A stretch of 63,859 bases of DNA, the filler included, from Chrysochromulina tobinii (taxonomy: Eukaryota), in NCBI GenBank assembly GCA_001275005.1. It is 9 parts of 9 records of this genome, joined end to end, with 100 filler letters (N's around TTAATTAATTAA, not from the genome) between each part and the next. Parts side by side here need not be neighbours in the genome. Positions count along the whole stretch, not along the records: positions 1 to 15,403 come from JWZX01000001.1; 8 more parts are not named here. One strand, given 5' to 3'. The position numbers and the translations under genes are program-made. A model generated the notes under the pieces. It made no database searches, was not told the origin of the DNA, and was given only the letters and a program-made list of their open reading frames with translations. This document shows positions 1-10,320 of this stretch, one piece after another (the first letter of the stretch is position 1; every line of letters begins with the position of its first letter).

Positions 1-61
1 CGAGGCGCTCTGATTGCCCTTGATGGCCTCTGATGACCTCTCTGATTGCCTCCCTCATCAG

Positions 62-1275
62 GCGAGGGCCACGAGGCCAGCAGGCTCTACGCCGAGGCGC
101 TCGAGGTGCAACGTCGATCGCTGGGCGCTGAGCATGAGGAGACACTCGTCACGGCCAATTTGCTCGGCGGTCTCCTCGAGCGGTCGGGTGAGTACGGCGA
201 GGCTGGGGCTCTGTTCCAGGAGACGTACTTGAGGCGGCGGCGCACACTGGGTGACGAGCACGAGCTGACGCTGCAGTCGATGTCCAATCTGGCCTCCTTG
301 CTGACGCAAACGGGCCAGTACGACGACGCGGCGCCGCTACATCGGCAGGCGCTCGACATTCGGCGGCGTAAGTTGGGTGAGGATCACGAGCACACGCTCG
401 TCTCGAAGAGCAACCTGGCCGTGTTGCTGCAGCTGACTGGGCGGCCGGAGGGCGCGGCGCAACTGCTCGAGGAGGTGCTCGAGGGGCAGCGACGAGCTGG
501 TGGCGAAGAGGATGAGGCGACGCTGGTAACCATGGCGAATCTCGCGATCCTGAAGCAGGCCCTAGGGCGCCATCAGGAGGCCGAGGAGCTCCTTCGCGCG
601 CTGATCCGCATGCGCCGGCGGGGGTTGGGATCCGAGCACCCGGACACGCTCACCTCGATGCATGATCTTGCCTTCCTGCTGAGCCAGACGAGCCGCTCCG
701 CCGAGTCCGAACGGCTCTGTAGGCGAGTGCTCGATGCGCGTCGGCGCACTCTCGGCCACGAGCACGAGCAGACGCTGCTCTCCGCCATCCACCTTGGCAA
801 GCTGCTCGAAGACAAGAGCCACTTTGACGAAGCCGAGGCACTCTTCTCCGAGGTAGTCGTTGCGCGAAGGCGTGCGCTGGGTGAGCAGCACGAGGCGACC
901 CTGCTGGGCATGAACTGCCTCTCAGCGCTCCTTGCGCGGATGGATCGAAAGGAAGAAGCCGAGCTCCTTTACCGCAAAATCCTCACCATCAGGCAACAGA
1001 CGCTTGGAGAGACACATCCGCACACGCTGCGCACGATGGTCAGCCTGGGACACTTCCGTGCGTCTCAGGGCGAGACGCAGGAAGCCGCGGGCAATTGGGC
1101 TCAAGCCAGCTCGGCCTATCGCGAGGCGGCTGCGCTCTGTGCGCCCAAGTACGGTGATTCCGCTCCCTTCATCAAGCGCCTTCGAGAGGCGGCCGATAGG
1201 TTGGCCGAGACGCGCTGCATGCAAAACATGGCAGGTAGCGGGCCGCGTAGCGGCGTAGCGAAAGTCTATAGATAA
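62..1275 (+). CDS. TPR-repeat protein (kinesin light chain / nephrocystin-3-like 42-aa repeats), terminal exon; 5' part outside window
   Basis: Repeated LG-x-EH-xx-TL-xx-M-xx-LA units. Bases 1-61 look like an intron 3' end (ctgattgcctccctcatcAG). Confidence 0.85.
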
Positions 1276-1785
1276 CGTAATGAGGCGATGACAATGCTAG
1301 AGTACTCCTAGAGAGAGCGAGCGTGTCACTGTCAGAGCGGAGCAGAGGGACGAGCACGAGCGAGACGATCCCCGGCGGGGCCCACGCGGCCACGCGCGAC
1401 GCCGCGACGTTGCAGACGTTGCGGGTTGCGAGTTATTCGGTTGAAGGCCGATACTCGAGCGGGTGACAGCCTTCCGTTACGTTATCGCTGATACTCGGGT
1501 AAACTCGTGGATACGATAATTTTACAAGATCAAGAATCCCGGCCGACCCGCGCGTAACGCGGGGCGTGCGTGAGACGGACGACTATCCGCGTCGAAAAGC
1601 CGTAAATATATTCGCGCCGCGCGACACCCCGCCGCGCCGAGCCGCCGGGGTCCAGTGCAGCACGCGCGCGTCATGAAGGATTAACGAGCGTGTCAAAACT
1701 GTGATCGACTCGTATGCCAGATTATGCCTTCACTCTCTCGTCTGTCTCGCCGCGCGCCCCTCAATCATGTGAGAGCTCTCACGCC

Positions 1786-3348
1786 TCAAAGCCGACTGGT
1801 GCGCCCTTCCGCACCGATGAACGCCGAGCGCTCGCCGAGCGCTTCCAGTGCGCGCTGTGCGGCGCGTTCGCCAGTCTCCATCGCCCCATGCACGCAAGGG
1901 TTGATGCCCTCGTGGCACGCCTCCCCTGCAAAGAAGATGGCGCCGTGTGCGGCGAGGCCGAGGGCGGACCTGTGGGGAGACCAAGGCGCCGTAGTGAGCA
2001 CTTGCATGCAGGGCCAAGGCGCGTGCGCGGCGAGGCCGAGGGCGGACCGCTGGCCGGCGGCGCCGAGTGTCGGATGGCTGTAGGCGCCGTATGTGCGTGG
2101 GTGAGCATTCCAATCTTTGACGAGGAAGCCGTCGCACGCGCTGCTCGCTGGCCTCGGCTCCGCGGCCGTGCCAAACATGGCGTCGAGCTGCGTCAACATG
2201 AGGCGAGCGATCTCAGCATGTGGCACTCAGTGGCACTCAGTGGCACTCAGTGGCAAGCAATCAGTGGCAATCACCTGCGTCAACATGAGGCGAGCGATCT
2301 CAGCGTGTGGGAGCTTGGCCACGCGCTCAGCGCGCGCGCCCGCGACGAAGCCGACCATCGTGTACGGCGGCGGCGCGTCCTCGCGCATCAGCTCGGCGGC
2401 GGGCGAGAGCCACACCTCAGGCAAGAAGGCGTCGGCGCACACGGCGTCGTAAAAGTCGAGCGGCCAGAAGCGGCGCGTCAGCCGCACGATCACCTTGAGC
2501 GCCGAGCCCATCCGAAGCTTGCTGATGGCGGTCGAGTGCACTACCGGCAGCGGCGGCTCAAAGTGCACCTCCCCACGCTGCAAGGCGGCCAACGGAACGG
2601 TGACGATCACCGCGCGGGCCCGTACAGTCCGTCCGCTGCTGTCAACGAGCTCCACGCTGCACGCGTCGTCTGCGGCTGTTCCCCTCCCGGCATCCACGCA
2701 GACGCGCTCGACGGGCCAATTGGTCCGGAGAGGCAAGCCGCGTGCGAGCGTCTCCATGGCGTCCTGCAGGCAGGCTCCGCGCATCACGATGTACTTCTCG
2801 CCGTAGCTCCAGCTCCGCTGCTCGTGCATGACCTCATGCAAGCCCACATCACTCATGTCTGCGCCGTAATCGTTGCCAAAGATAGCATCGGCGAGGTCAA
2901 GCACGCGAGAGCTCAGGCCACAGCCCGCAAAATACTGCAGGAGCGACTGCTCGGGCACCGCGGCAGCGTCGAGCGCCTCGAGCTTCTCGAAGCTCTCGTG
3001 CATCAATGCAACATCGTCCAGGTTGTCTGCCGTCTCAGCCGGCAGCAGCGTGGCCTCCTTTCCAAAGAAATAGTAGTTGGGCCACTCAAGCTCAACAAGG
3101 CTGACGTTCGCACGGCCGACGAGCCCATCCCGCACCAGATCGAGCAGTCTGTTATTCTTCTCGCCATGGATGAACTCGGGGCCGAGCTCGAGGGGCCACT
3201 CTGCGAGAGTGGCATCGTGCAGCACGCGTCCGCCAACTTTGTCAGACGCCTCCAACACGACCACGCGCAGACCGCGCTCGTGCAACGCGCGCGCGGCCGA
3301 TAGGCCGCTTGCGCCGGCGCCGATCACCGCGACGTCGACATCCTCCAT
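1786..3348 (-). CDS. Flavin-containing amine oxidase; exons 3348-2275, 2187-2048, 1969-1786
   Basis: GAGASG FAD motif, GGRV, ELGPEFIHG and C-terminal FFAGEA...VHGAMETG. Removing GT-AG introns 2188-2274 and 1970-2047 restores the frame and removes duplicated peptides. Confidence 0.9.
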
Positions 3349-3476
3349 CGCGACACGTCACCTTCCAAATCGCAATGCCATGCGAACATACCTGAAACCC
3401 ACGGTCCACACTTTCACATGTTAGATGTTCACATATGTTCTTTCGTATTCTTTCGAGATCCACTTGCGAAGTTCCG

Positions 3477-4165
3477 ATGCGCACGACGAGGCTTGTCTCG
3501 CGCCAGGTGCTGCGCGTGGCCACCCGCGGCCTCGCGCTGCCGCCGCACACCGTTGTGGGCCTGCCGGCGCTGTCACCCACGATGACCCAGGGCAACATTG
3601 CTTCGTACGTCGCCAAGATCGGTGATCAGCTCACCACTGGTGACCGCCTTGCGGAGATCGAGACCGACAAGGCGACGGTTGACTTTGAGGCGACCGACGA
3701 CGGCTTTCTGGCGCAGATTCTGATTCCGGCGGGCACGTCCGATGTTCCCGTCGGCACGCCTATGCTCGTCCTTTGCACGAGTGCCGCCGATGTGCCGGCC
3801 TTTGCCAACTTCAAGGCGGATGGTGCGGCAGCAGCGCCCGCGAAGGCGGCGGCTCCCTCGCCCGCGAAGGCGGCGCCGGCGGCGGCGCCCACCCCGGCAC
3901 CCACCGTCGCTGCTGCGGCTCCTCCGCCGCCACGTGCCGCTGCCGCTGCGCCGACGTCCCTCGCCGGAGTGGCCCTTCCGGCCCTCGGCGGCAAAATTTA
4001 TTACAACCCGACAAACGGTGAGAGCTGCACCCCATGGATGCCGCGAGCGTGCGCACGCACTCACCCATCCGCCCGCGGTGCGCCCGGCCATGCTCTCCTG
4101 AATCCATTTCTGACGACGTGCGTATGACGTGTGTATTGCCGCCCATAGGCTGGTTTCGGGCATGA
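3477..4165 (+). CDS. Probably mitochondrial protein with a single PDH E2-type lipoyl domain and Ala/Pro linker; exons 3477-4017 and 4149-4165
   Basis: Arg-rich presequence, LPALSPTMTQGNI...EIETDKAT lipoylation motif, GTGAG...cccatAG intron 4018-4148, then GWFRA*. Confidence 0.75.
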
Positions 4166-4503
4166 AGAAGTACGATCAGCCTTTGTGCCGCGCATGGCAG
4201 CCGAAGTCGCGCCGCATTTGCGTGTAAGTCTGCCTGGTGGTTGGGGCCGTGCGGTCGCGCGCTCTCTTCGGCGCGAGGCGCTCGCGAGTCTCCATTTCAT
4301 GCCCACGCACTGCGGTAAGCTCTGGAGTATCTAGCCTCACACTGTCTCTCTCAGGCATTGTATACGGCGCGCGCAAAAGTAGCTGGTGTGCAGCGCGAAT
4401 AAGTCCGTGACTTTTGATGAAGTTCCGAAGTTGGGAGCTCTTGGATGAACCATTCACACCGCGAAGAACATTTCATTGTTTCGTTCCGCCTTCGGGACCT
4501 CGC

Positions 4504-5184
4504 ATGCTGCTCTCCCGCTTGACTGGCGTCGCTCTTTGCGCTCTCGCAGCCTCAAAGTGGCAGCCGTGCATGCTGTTGGGCGATGATGCCACTGCGACTC
4601 ACTATCGTCTGGAAACGCTCAAAGCGGAGCTCGCAGAGGCCATTCGAGATGAGAGATTTACAGCAGCGGCGCGCTTCCGGGACGAGCTCAGTGCGCTGGA
4701 GAGCGAGGCCGAGGGCCAAGTCCTAAGTGCCAATGCTGCCTTCTATGCGGCGCTGCGCTCGCACGATGCTGACGTACTTCATGACTATTGGCCAGACAGC
4801 CCTTTGGCGGCGTGCTCGACGAGGAGCTACCCTGGGTTCTCGCTGAGGCGCGGCCGCGAGGCGATCCTGGGCACCTGGCGCGAGGTAGTATCGGATCGGG
4901 GGTTGGAGCTCGCATCGGTGCGCTGTGTGCTGCTCCGTGGCGGCATCTCCGCGTGCGTCACATGCGTTGAGCGGAGGCACACAAGTGCCTTCGAAGGCAC
5001 GCTCCTGACGACGAACATTTGGGAAAAGGACACGAGCAGCGGCGGCCGTTGGCGACTGAGCCTGCATCGGGCGGAGCCTATGGCTGACGGTGACGCTGCT
5101 GCAACGCAAAACGGCGGGCATGCAGCGCGGCTGGTCGAGGAAGAAAGCTACTTTGACGAGGATGTTCCCGGCGCGACTGGATGA
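4504..5184 (+). CDS. UVR-domain + SnoaL/NTF2-like protein with N-terminal targeting peptide
   Basis: LAEAIRDERFTAAARFRDEL (UVR motif); ANAAFYAAL...GREAILGTW...TNIWE...WRLSLH (SnoaL-like); hydrophobic N-terminus. Confidence 0.75.
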   Translation: MLLSRLTGVALCALAASKWQPCMLLGDDATATHYRLETLKAELAEAIRDERFTAAARFRDELSALESEAEGQVLSANAAFYAALRSHDADVLHDYWPDSPLAACSTRSYPGFSLRRGREAILGTWREVVSDRGLELASVRCVLLRGGISACVTCVERRHTSAFEGTLLTTNIWEKDTSSGGRWRLSLHRAEPMADGDAAATQNGGHAARLVEEESYFDEDVPGATG

Positions 5185-5418
5185 CAGTCTAGAGCAGGCG
5201 GTGTGTTGAAACTGAGGTTTCCCTTGTGCATGCTTGTAAGCTCCACACGTGCTGGAACACCCTGACAGTGCTTTCGTGTCGGAAAAAAGAGCGCCGTTCT
5301 GACACTTTACCGGTCAGCAAATAAAACGCACGACCGCCGGGACCCAAAGTCGCGGAGCCATTGTCGAGGCACTCCGTCCAACGCGAGGCGCTGGCTGTCT
5401 AGGCAGCGCCACTCCACC

Positions 5419-8400
5419 ATGTTCGGCTTCGGCGGGCCGAGTCTCGCCGACCGTGGAGTTGCACAGCTCAAAGCCGACGAGTTGCCCGACCTCGTGAAGA
5501 ATGCGAGCGACATTTCGACCAGGTGCCTGGCGAGCCTGCTGCAAGCACAGGCAGAGCTGCTCGCGCGCGTGAACCCCGATACGATTCAGAACAGCGCGAC
5601 TCGCGCCATGCTCGCGGACTTCATCGCGCAGTCGCTTCCACTCCTTGTGGCCGAGTCGGACGGTGTGCTCGCGTCGACCGGGAACCACCTGTCAAATGCG
5701 CACCTATACCTGGAGGCTGTGCAGTACGTTTACCCTGCTGAGAGCGGCGACGCGGAGGAGGAGTCCGGTGCAACGAGCGCGGAACTTCCTGGCGGCGGCT
5801 ACCCTGAGCAGCAGAAGACGTTACGTGCAAAGTCGGCGCGTGCCAAGTCATCACGTACTACCTTCCGCCAGCCGACGCCGCAGCAGCTTGAGAACGAGGC
5901 GGTGCCGATGCAGACTGAGCCGACCGCCTCCGAGCTCGGAGACAGCGCCGAGGCACTCGCGTACGAGAGGGCGCTTGCGGCCCTGAACGCGGTCAGCGCG
6001 GCCGAGATGGACCGTTCAGAGGACGGACGTGCGCTCGGCGAGCGGCAGCTGCTTGCATTCGTAGTAGACAAGGTGGCGGGCGGCGCGCCAGCATTCAAGG
6101 CGAATAAGCTGCCCCAGATCCTCGGGTCCCTCGTCAAAGAGGAGTACATCACCGCTGCTGTGAATGCGACCAAGAAGGCTCTCGATCCGAGCCTCCGCGG
6201 CCACATTGAGGTTGGCGCCTTCGTCGATTGGTGGCCCAGCTCCAAGTTCGCCACCGCGCAGTACGAGAACGCCTGGATGAGGGAGCTCAACCTCGAGGCG
6301 ATGCGCACTCAGCTCATGTCCGAGGTGATCCAGCGTCAGGTGGAGCAGGAGCAGGCGGCGGCGGCAGCGCAGGCGGCGGCGGCGCAGGCGGCGGCGGCCA
6401 AGCAGCAGCGACTCGCCTCGCAGCCGAAGCGCGTTCAGGCGGTCCTCGTGAGGCTGCGCAAGGCGGAGGCGGCCGTGCAGGACGCGCACGCGGTCGCCCT
6501 TCGCGAAGCCCTCGTGGCAGTCGAGGAGCTTGCTGACGTCGAGCCACCCTTCTTGCAGCGGCTGTACGAGCAGCTCGAGAGCGCGTCGCCACTGATGGCA
6601 CGCGCGCGCGGCGCGCAGTTCACGCAGCTGGTCCACCATAAGGCGAGGGCGCTCCAGCTCATGAAAGAGGTCGATGCGTCCGCTCACGCCGAGCGTGAGG
6701 CTCGCGAGGCCGGCGCCGCCGCGCTCGCCGCGTATGCAGGCCGTGCGGAGGCGATGCATCGACGGCTGCACAACCGGTCGGCGGCTCAGACGGCCGAATG
6801 GCTGCGCGGACGGGTGAAGAAGACAGTAGAGGGGGGGAAGAAGCAAGAGGCGAAGCAGCTGGTTGACGCGGAGACGAAAAAGGTCAAGGGCGCACTCGAT
6901 GCGATGAGTGACTGGCTCGAGACCTACGGCAAGGCGAGGATCGATGGCCTCAAGCAGCGCTTCGACAAGCTCGCCGAGCGCGCGTTGGCGCTCGCGAGCG
7001 CGGGGCACAATGCACAGGTGGGCGGCACGACCAAGCACCAGGCGTCGCTGAGCGCGGAGCTGTCGGCGCAGCTGTCGCGCGCGCTCGACACGACGCATGA
7101 GACGGAGCATGCGGAGCTGCAGACGAAGCTCGACGAGCTTGCCGTTGGGCTCGGCCTCCTTGACGCTATCCCGACTGATGAGCACTGCCATCTCCTCTGC
7201 TCCGAGCTCTACTTCAAGCAGCGGCAGAGCTTGGCGACGCTGCATGCGGCTGAGCACGCCGCGGTGCCCCAGATGGTGCGCGTCTTCGTAGATGTACTCG
7301 GAGGGCCCACGCCTGTCGAGGACTCCGCGCTCGGCACGACGCGCGTCTCGGCGGCCGAGTTGGTAGAGGCCTCCACCTTTGCGACGATGCTGCACACGCA
7401 GCTCGGCCTTGAGCAGCGGCTCGATGCGCTGCACAGCGCGACGCGCGACACACGCCAGGCCGTCGTCTCGCTCGCAACGAGCATGCACGCGGGGGGGGAA
7501 GCTGCGAGACCGCCCCCGGAGCAGCTGGGTACGCTGTGGAAGCTTGTTCTCGAGCTCGAGCGGCAGGCGAACGCTGTGGAAGCAGCGGTTCGGGAGGCGG
7601 TGCACTCGACCTCGCAGCACATGCAAGGCTTCGAGGGGCGCAACTTGCCACGTGCGCAGGCGATGCTGGACGCGGGGAAGGCCATCGCGCGCGCCGCAAG
7701 TGCCGTCGTCCGCATCTTGCGCTGTGAACCACCGGCGCCGACGAAGGGTGGCGGGGCCCTACCAGCGATCTCCTCGGCGATCTCCTCGGAGTTTGTTGCC
7801 GGCGCAGCTGGCGCGTCGGAGGTGTTGGTGGTGCACCCCGCCGAGGTGCATCCCAACCTGCCCGGCCTCGCCGAGCGATGGAGCACCGTCGTGGTCGCGA
7901 TGCAGGCCGAGCAGCAGAAGCTCGTCGCGGCGGCCGAGGACATGGAGCAGCACTCGCTCGACATGCAGCAGCTCTTACTCGAAGTTTCAGAGCATGCCGA
8001 GGGGGTGATGGCGCGATTCCAGCTGCTCGTCGACGCGAATGCCAAGCCACTGCGCCACGCGGGGAATCTGGCGGCGCTCAAGACTCTGTGTGAAACGTAC
8101 GAGCGCGCGTCCAGCGCCCTGCGAGAGCGTGCGATGAAGGCGGTCGAGATGCCCAAGCTCTTTGCGCGGCTGTCGGGGCAGCTGCAGCAGCAGCAAGACT
8201 CGATCAACGCGTGGTGCAAGCCGCTGATCAACATGAAGCAGGAGTTCGTCGACGTATTCTCCGCAGACGACAAGCCCGGGGCCGACAAAAAGGGGGGCAA
8301 GGGCTCAGCGGAGACGACGGCCGTAGAGCATTCCTCCACCGAGGCCCCGGCAGCCGAGCCTGCTAAAGGCGCCAAAGGTGGAGGCAAGGCCGCGCCCAAG

Positions 8401-9687
8401 GGCAAAGGGGCCCCGCCGGCCCCGCCGGCCCCGCCGGCAAACGCGCCGGCCCCGCCCGCGAACGCGCCATCGCTCCCGCCGCCGCCGGTCCTCGCGCCGA
8501 ACACATCTCGACCGCTGCCGCCACCCTCTCCGGCGAAGCTGGGCGCCGGCAAGAGTGCGTCGGACAAGGGGGTGCTCGGCACGACGCTCGACACCAACCT
8601 GGGCACACGCGTGGCGCTGAACTTGATCAAGTCGCTGCTGGCGAGCGCTGAGGTGAAGGCGAGCGCCGTGCTCGGACACGACGCGATCGTCAAGCGAATG
8701 AGCACCGTGGCCGCTCTGTACGAGAAGCGTTCTCTCGAGCAGCAGACGGCGAAGGCGGAGATGGGTGCGCTCGAGCAGCTCTTTGAGCTCTCGAAACTCT
8801 CTGGCGAGGGCGGCGTCGAGCGTCAGGCGCTCGAGGACCGTGCTGAGTTGCTGCACGAGACCATCGCCTCGGCTGTCGCACTCGAGCCGCCGCCAAAGAC
8901 ACCCAAAGCCGAGAAGGTGGCCAAGCTCAGGCCGTCGGCTGACGAGACGCCGGCCAAGGGCGGAGCCAAGGGGGGCGACGCGAAAGGGGGTGCGGGTGCC
9001 AAGGGGACGCCAGGCGCTAAGACGGGCGCCAAGGAGGCCAAGGACGCAAAGGAGGCCAAAGGCGGCAAGGGCGGGGCGGCCGCCAAGAAGGGCGCCACCA
9101 AGGAGGCCGAGGCGGCCAAGGAGGCCGCGGCCAAGGAGCAGCTCAAGGCCGAGCAGCTCAAGGCCGAGACCGCGCAGAGGGTTGCGGCCGCGCAGGCGGA
9201 GCAGGAGCTCGCCGCCACGAAGATGCAAGCGGCGATGCGTGGCAAGATGACGCGTGTGCAGGTGGCCAAGGACAGGAAGGACATCGCCACCGGGGCTGCA
9301 AACAGCTCCGCGGCCGCCGCGCCTCAAAGTCCGCCCAAGGGCGCCATCAAGGGCAGCTCGCCGAGCGCCTCGCCAGAAGGAGCCAAACAGGCAAAGGGGG
9401 ACAACAAGACACCGCCCAAGGGAGCGCCGCCAGCGGCGGACGTGAAAGCGACCCCGGCTCCGCAGGCTAAGGGCAACGCCGGCAAGGGGGACGGTGCGCC
9501 CAAGGGAGCGAAGCCGAACGCCAAGGCGGCGGCAGCGACTCCGCAGCCGTTGGCCCCCCCGATGGCGCCCCCCAAAGGCGACGCCAAGGCGGCGGCAGCC
9601 GCGGGCGGCGGAGCCAAACGCTCGGACTCGCCACGAGGCAGCAGCAAGCCTCCGATCAAAGCCACGCCGATCAAGGCGGGGAGGTAA
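5419..9687 (+). CDS. 1422-aa coiled-coil protein with IQ motif and Lys/Ala/Pro-rich tail
   Basis: Long ATG-started ORF with heptad-rich Ala/Glu/Leu/Gln sequence; AATKMQAAMRGKMTR IQ motif near 9211-9255. Confidence 0.75.
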   Translation: MFGFGGPSLADRGVAQLKADELPDLVKNASDISTRCLASLLQAQAELLARVNPDTIQNSATRAMLADFIAQSLPLLVAESDGVLASTGNHLSNAHLYLEAVQYVYPAESGDAEEESGATSAELPGGGYPEQQKTLRAKSARAKSSRTTFRQPTPQQLENEAVPMQTEPTASELGDSAEALAYERALAALNAVSAAEMDRSEDGRALGERQLLAFVVDKVAGGAPAFKANKLPQILGSLVKEEYITAAVNATKKALDPSLRGHIEVGAFVDWWPSSKFATAQYENAWMRELNLEAMRTQLMSEVIQRQVEQEQAAAAAQAAAAQAAAAKQQRLASQPKRVQAVLVRLRKAEAAVQDAHAVALREALVAVEELADVEPPFLQRLYEQLESASPLMARARGAQFTQLVHHKARALQLMKEVDASAHAEREAREAGAAALAAYAGRAEAMHRRLHNRSAAQTAEWLRGRVKKTVEGGKKQEAKQLVDAETKKVKGALDAMSDWLETYGKARIDGLKQRFDKLAERALALASAGHNAQVGGTTKHQASLSAELSAQLSRALDTTHETEHAELQTKLDELAVGLGLLDAIPTDEHCHLLCSELYFKQRQSLATLHAAEHAAVPQMVRVFVDVLGGPTPVEDSALGTTRVSAAELVEASTFATMLHTQLGLEQRLDALHSATRDTRQAVVSLATSMHAGGEAARPPPEQLGTLWKLVLELERQANAVEAAVREAVHSTSQHMQGFEGRNLPRAQAMLDAGKAIARAASAVVRILRCEPPAPTKGGGALPAISSAISSEFVAGAAGASEVLVVHPAEVHPNLPGLAERWSTVVVAMQAEQQKLVAAAEDMEQHSLDMQQLLLEVSEHAEGVMARFQLLVDANAKPLRHAGNLAALKTLCETYERASSALRERAMKAVEMPKLFARLSGQLQQQQDSINAWCKPLINMKQEFVDVFSADDKPGADKKGGKGSAETTAVEHSSTEAPAAEPAKGAKGGGKAAPKGKGAPPAPPAPPANAPAPPANAPSLPPPPVLAPNTSRPLPPPSPAKLGAGKSASDKGVLGTTLDTNLGTRVALNLIKSLLASAEVKASAVLGHDAIVKRMSTVAALYEKRSLEQQTAKAEMGALEQLFELSKLSGEGGVERQALEDRAELLHETIASAVALEPPPKTPKAEKVAKLRPSADETPAKGGAKGGDAKGGAGAKGTPGAKTGAKEAKDAKEAKGGKGGAAAKKGATKEAEAAKEAAAKEQLKAEQLKAETAQRVAAAQAEQELAATKMQAAMRGKMTRVQVAKDRKDIATGAANSSAAAAPQSPPKGAIKGSSPSASPEGAKQAKGDNKTPPKGAPPAADVKATPAPQAKGNAGKGDGAPKGAKPNAKAAAATPQPLAPPMAPPKGDAKAAAAAGGGAKRSDSPRGSSKPPIKATPIKAGR

Positions 9688-10320
9688 CGGCAGCAGCAGC
9701 AGCGTTACAGCAGCGTAGCACACACATTTTAGAGCGTCGTTCCGTCGAGTCGATCCGTGCGATGCGCATGCCATTGTGTGGAGCATGGAGTGGTCGATGC
9801 TGTCAGTGTGAGCTGTGTCACCTGTAAAGCTGTGTGCGCGTGTGCGGGGCACGGCCGGTATGGGTCGGGGCCGTCGCACTATAATTGGTGTCGCGACTGT
9901 ACGTGCGCGCAGGTGTCGTATGTACCGCCCCGGCCTAAGTACCTTTAAGTACCTAAGTATGTTTAACCAGCGGTGGAGGAAACAGGAATGCTTGGTGCCC
10001 CGTTGCCCCGCTCGTCGTCTCGTTCGCGCAAGTTATAAAAAGAAAACCCCTCCGTTGCGCGTTGGCGACCCGGGACGGTCGCACTTCCGTTCACGTGCAT
10101 CGCATGCATGATGCGATGAGGTTATCAAACGGTTCCACGTTTTTCGGAAAGCGGCCTCCGACAACCCTCAGCGTGTCACACAAGACCCACACGCGGGGGG
10201 TACGCGGGGGGGTAGGTGAGAAAACGACCACGACGATCGGTTCGCGCGCGCGCTCGTGGCCGTGCATGCATTTTTCATTCGTGGCCGTCCCACTGATGAA
10301 AACTTGATGAAAACCCCTCA

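Noticed and set aside
1714..3303. Long antisense ORFs (also 6016-7626, 40909-42711, 50779-52413)
   Set aside because: Shadow frames of GC-rich genes, with no recognisable motifs.
4018..4148. This intron and TDP1 intron 56192-56282 as members of the duplication class
   Set aside because: Neither has a convincing terminal exon copy or the cassette; they serve as ordinary-intron controls.
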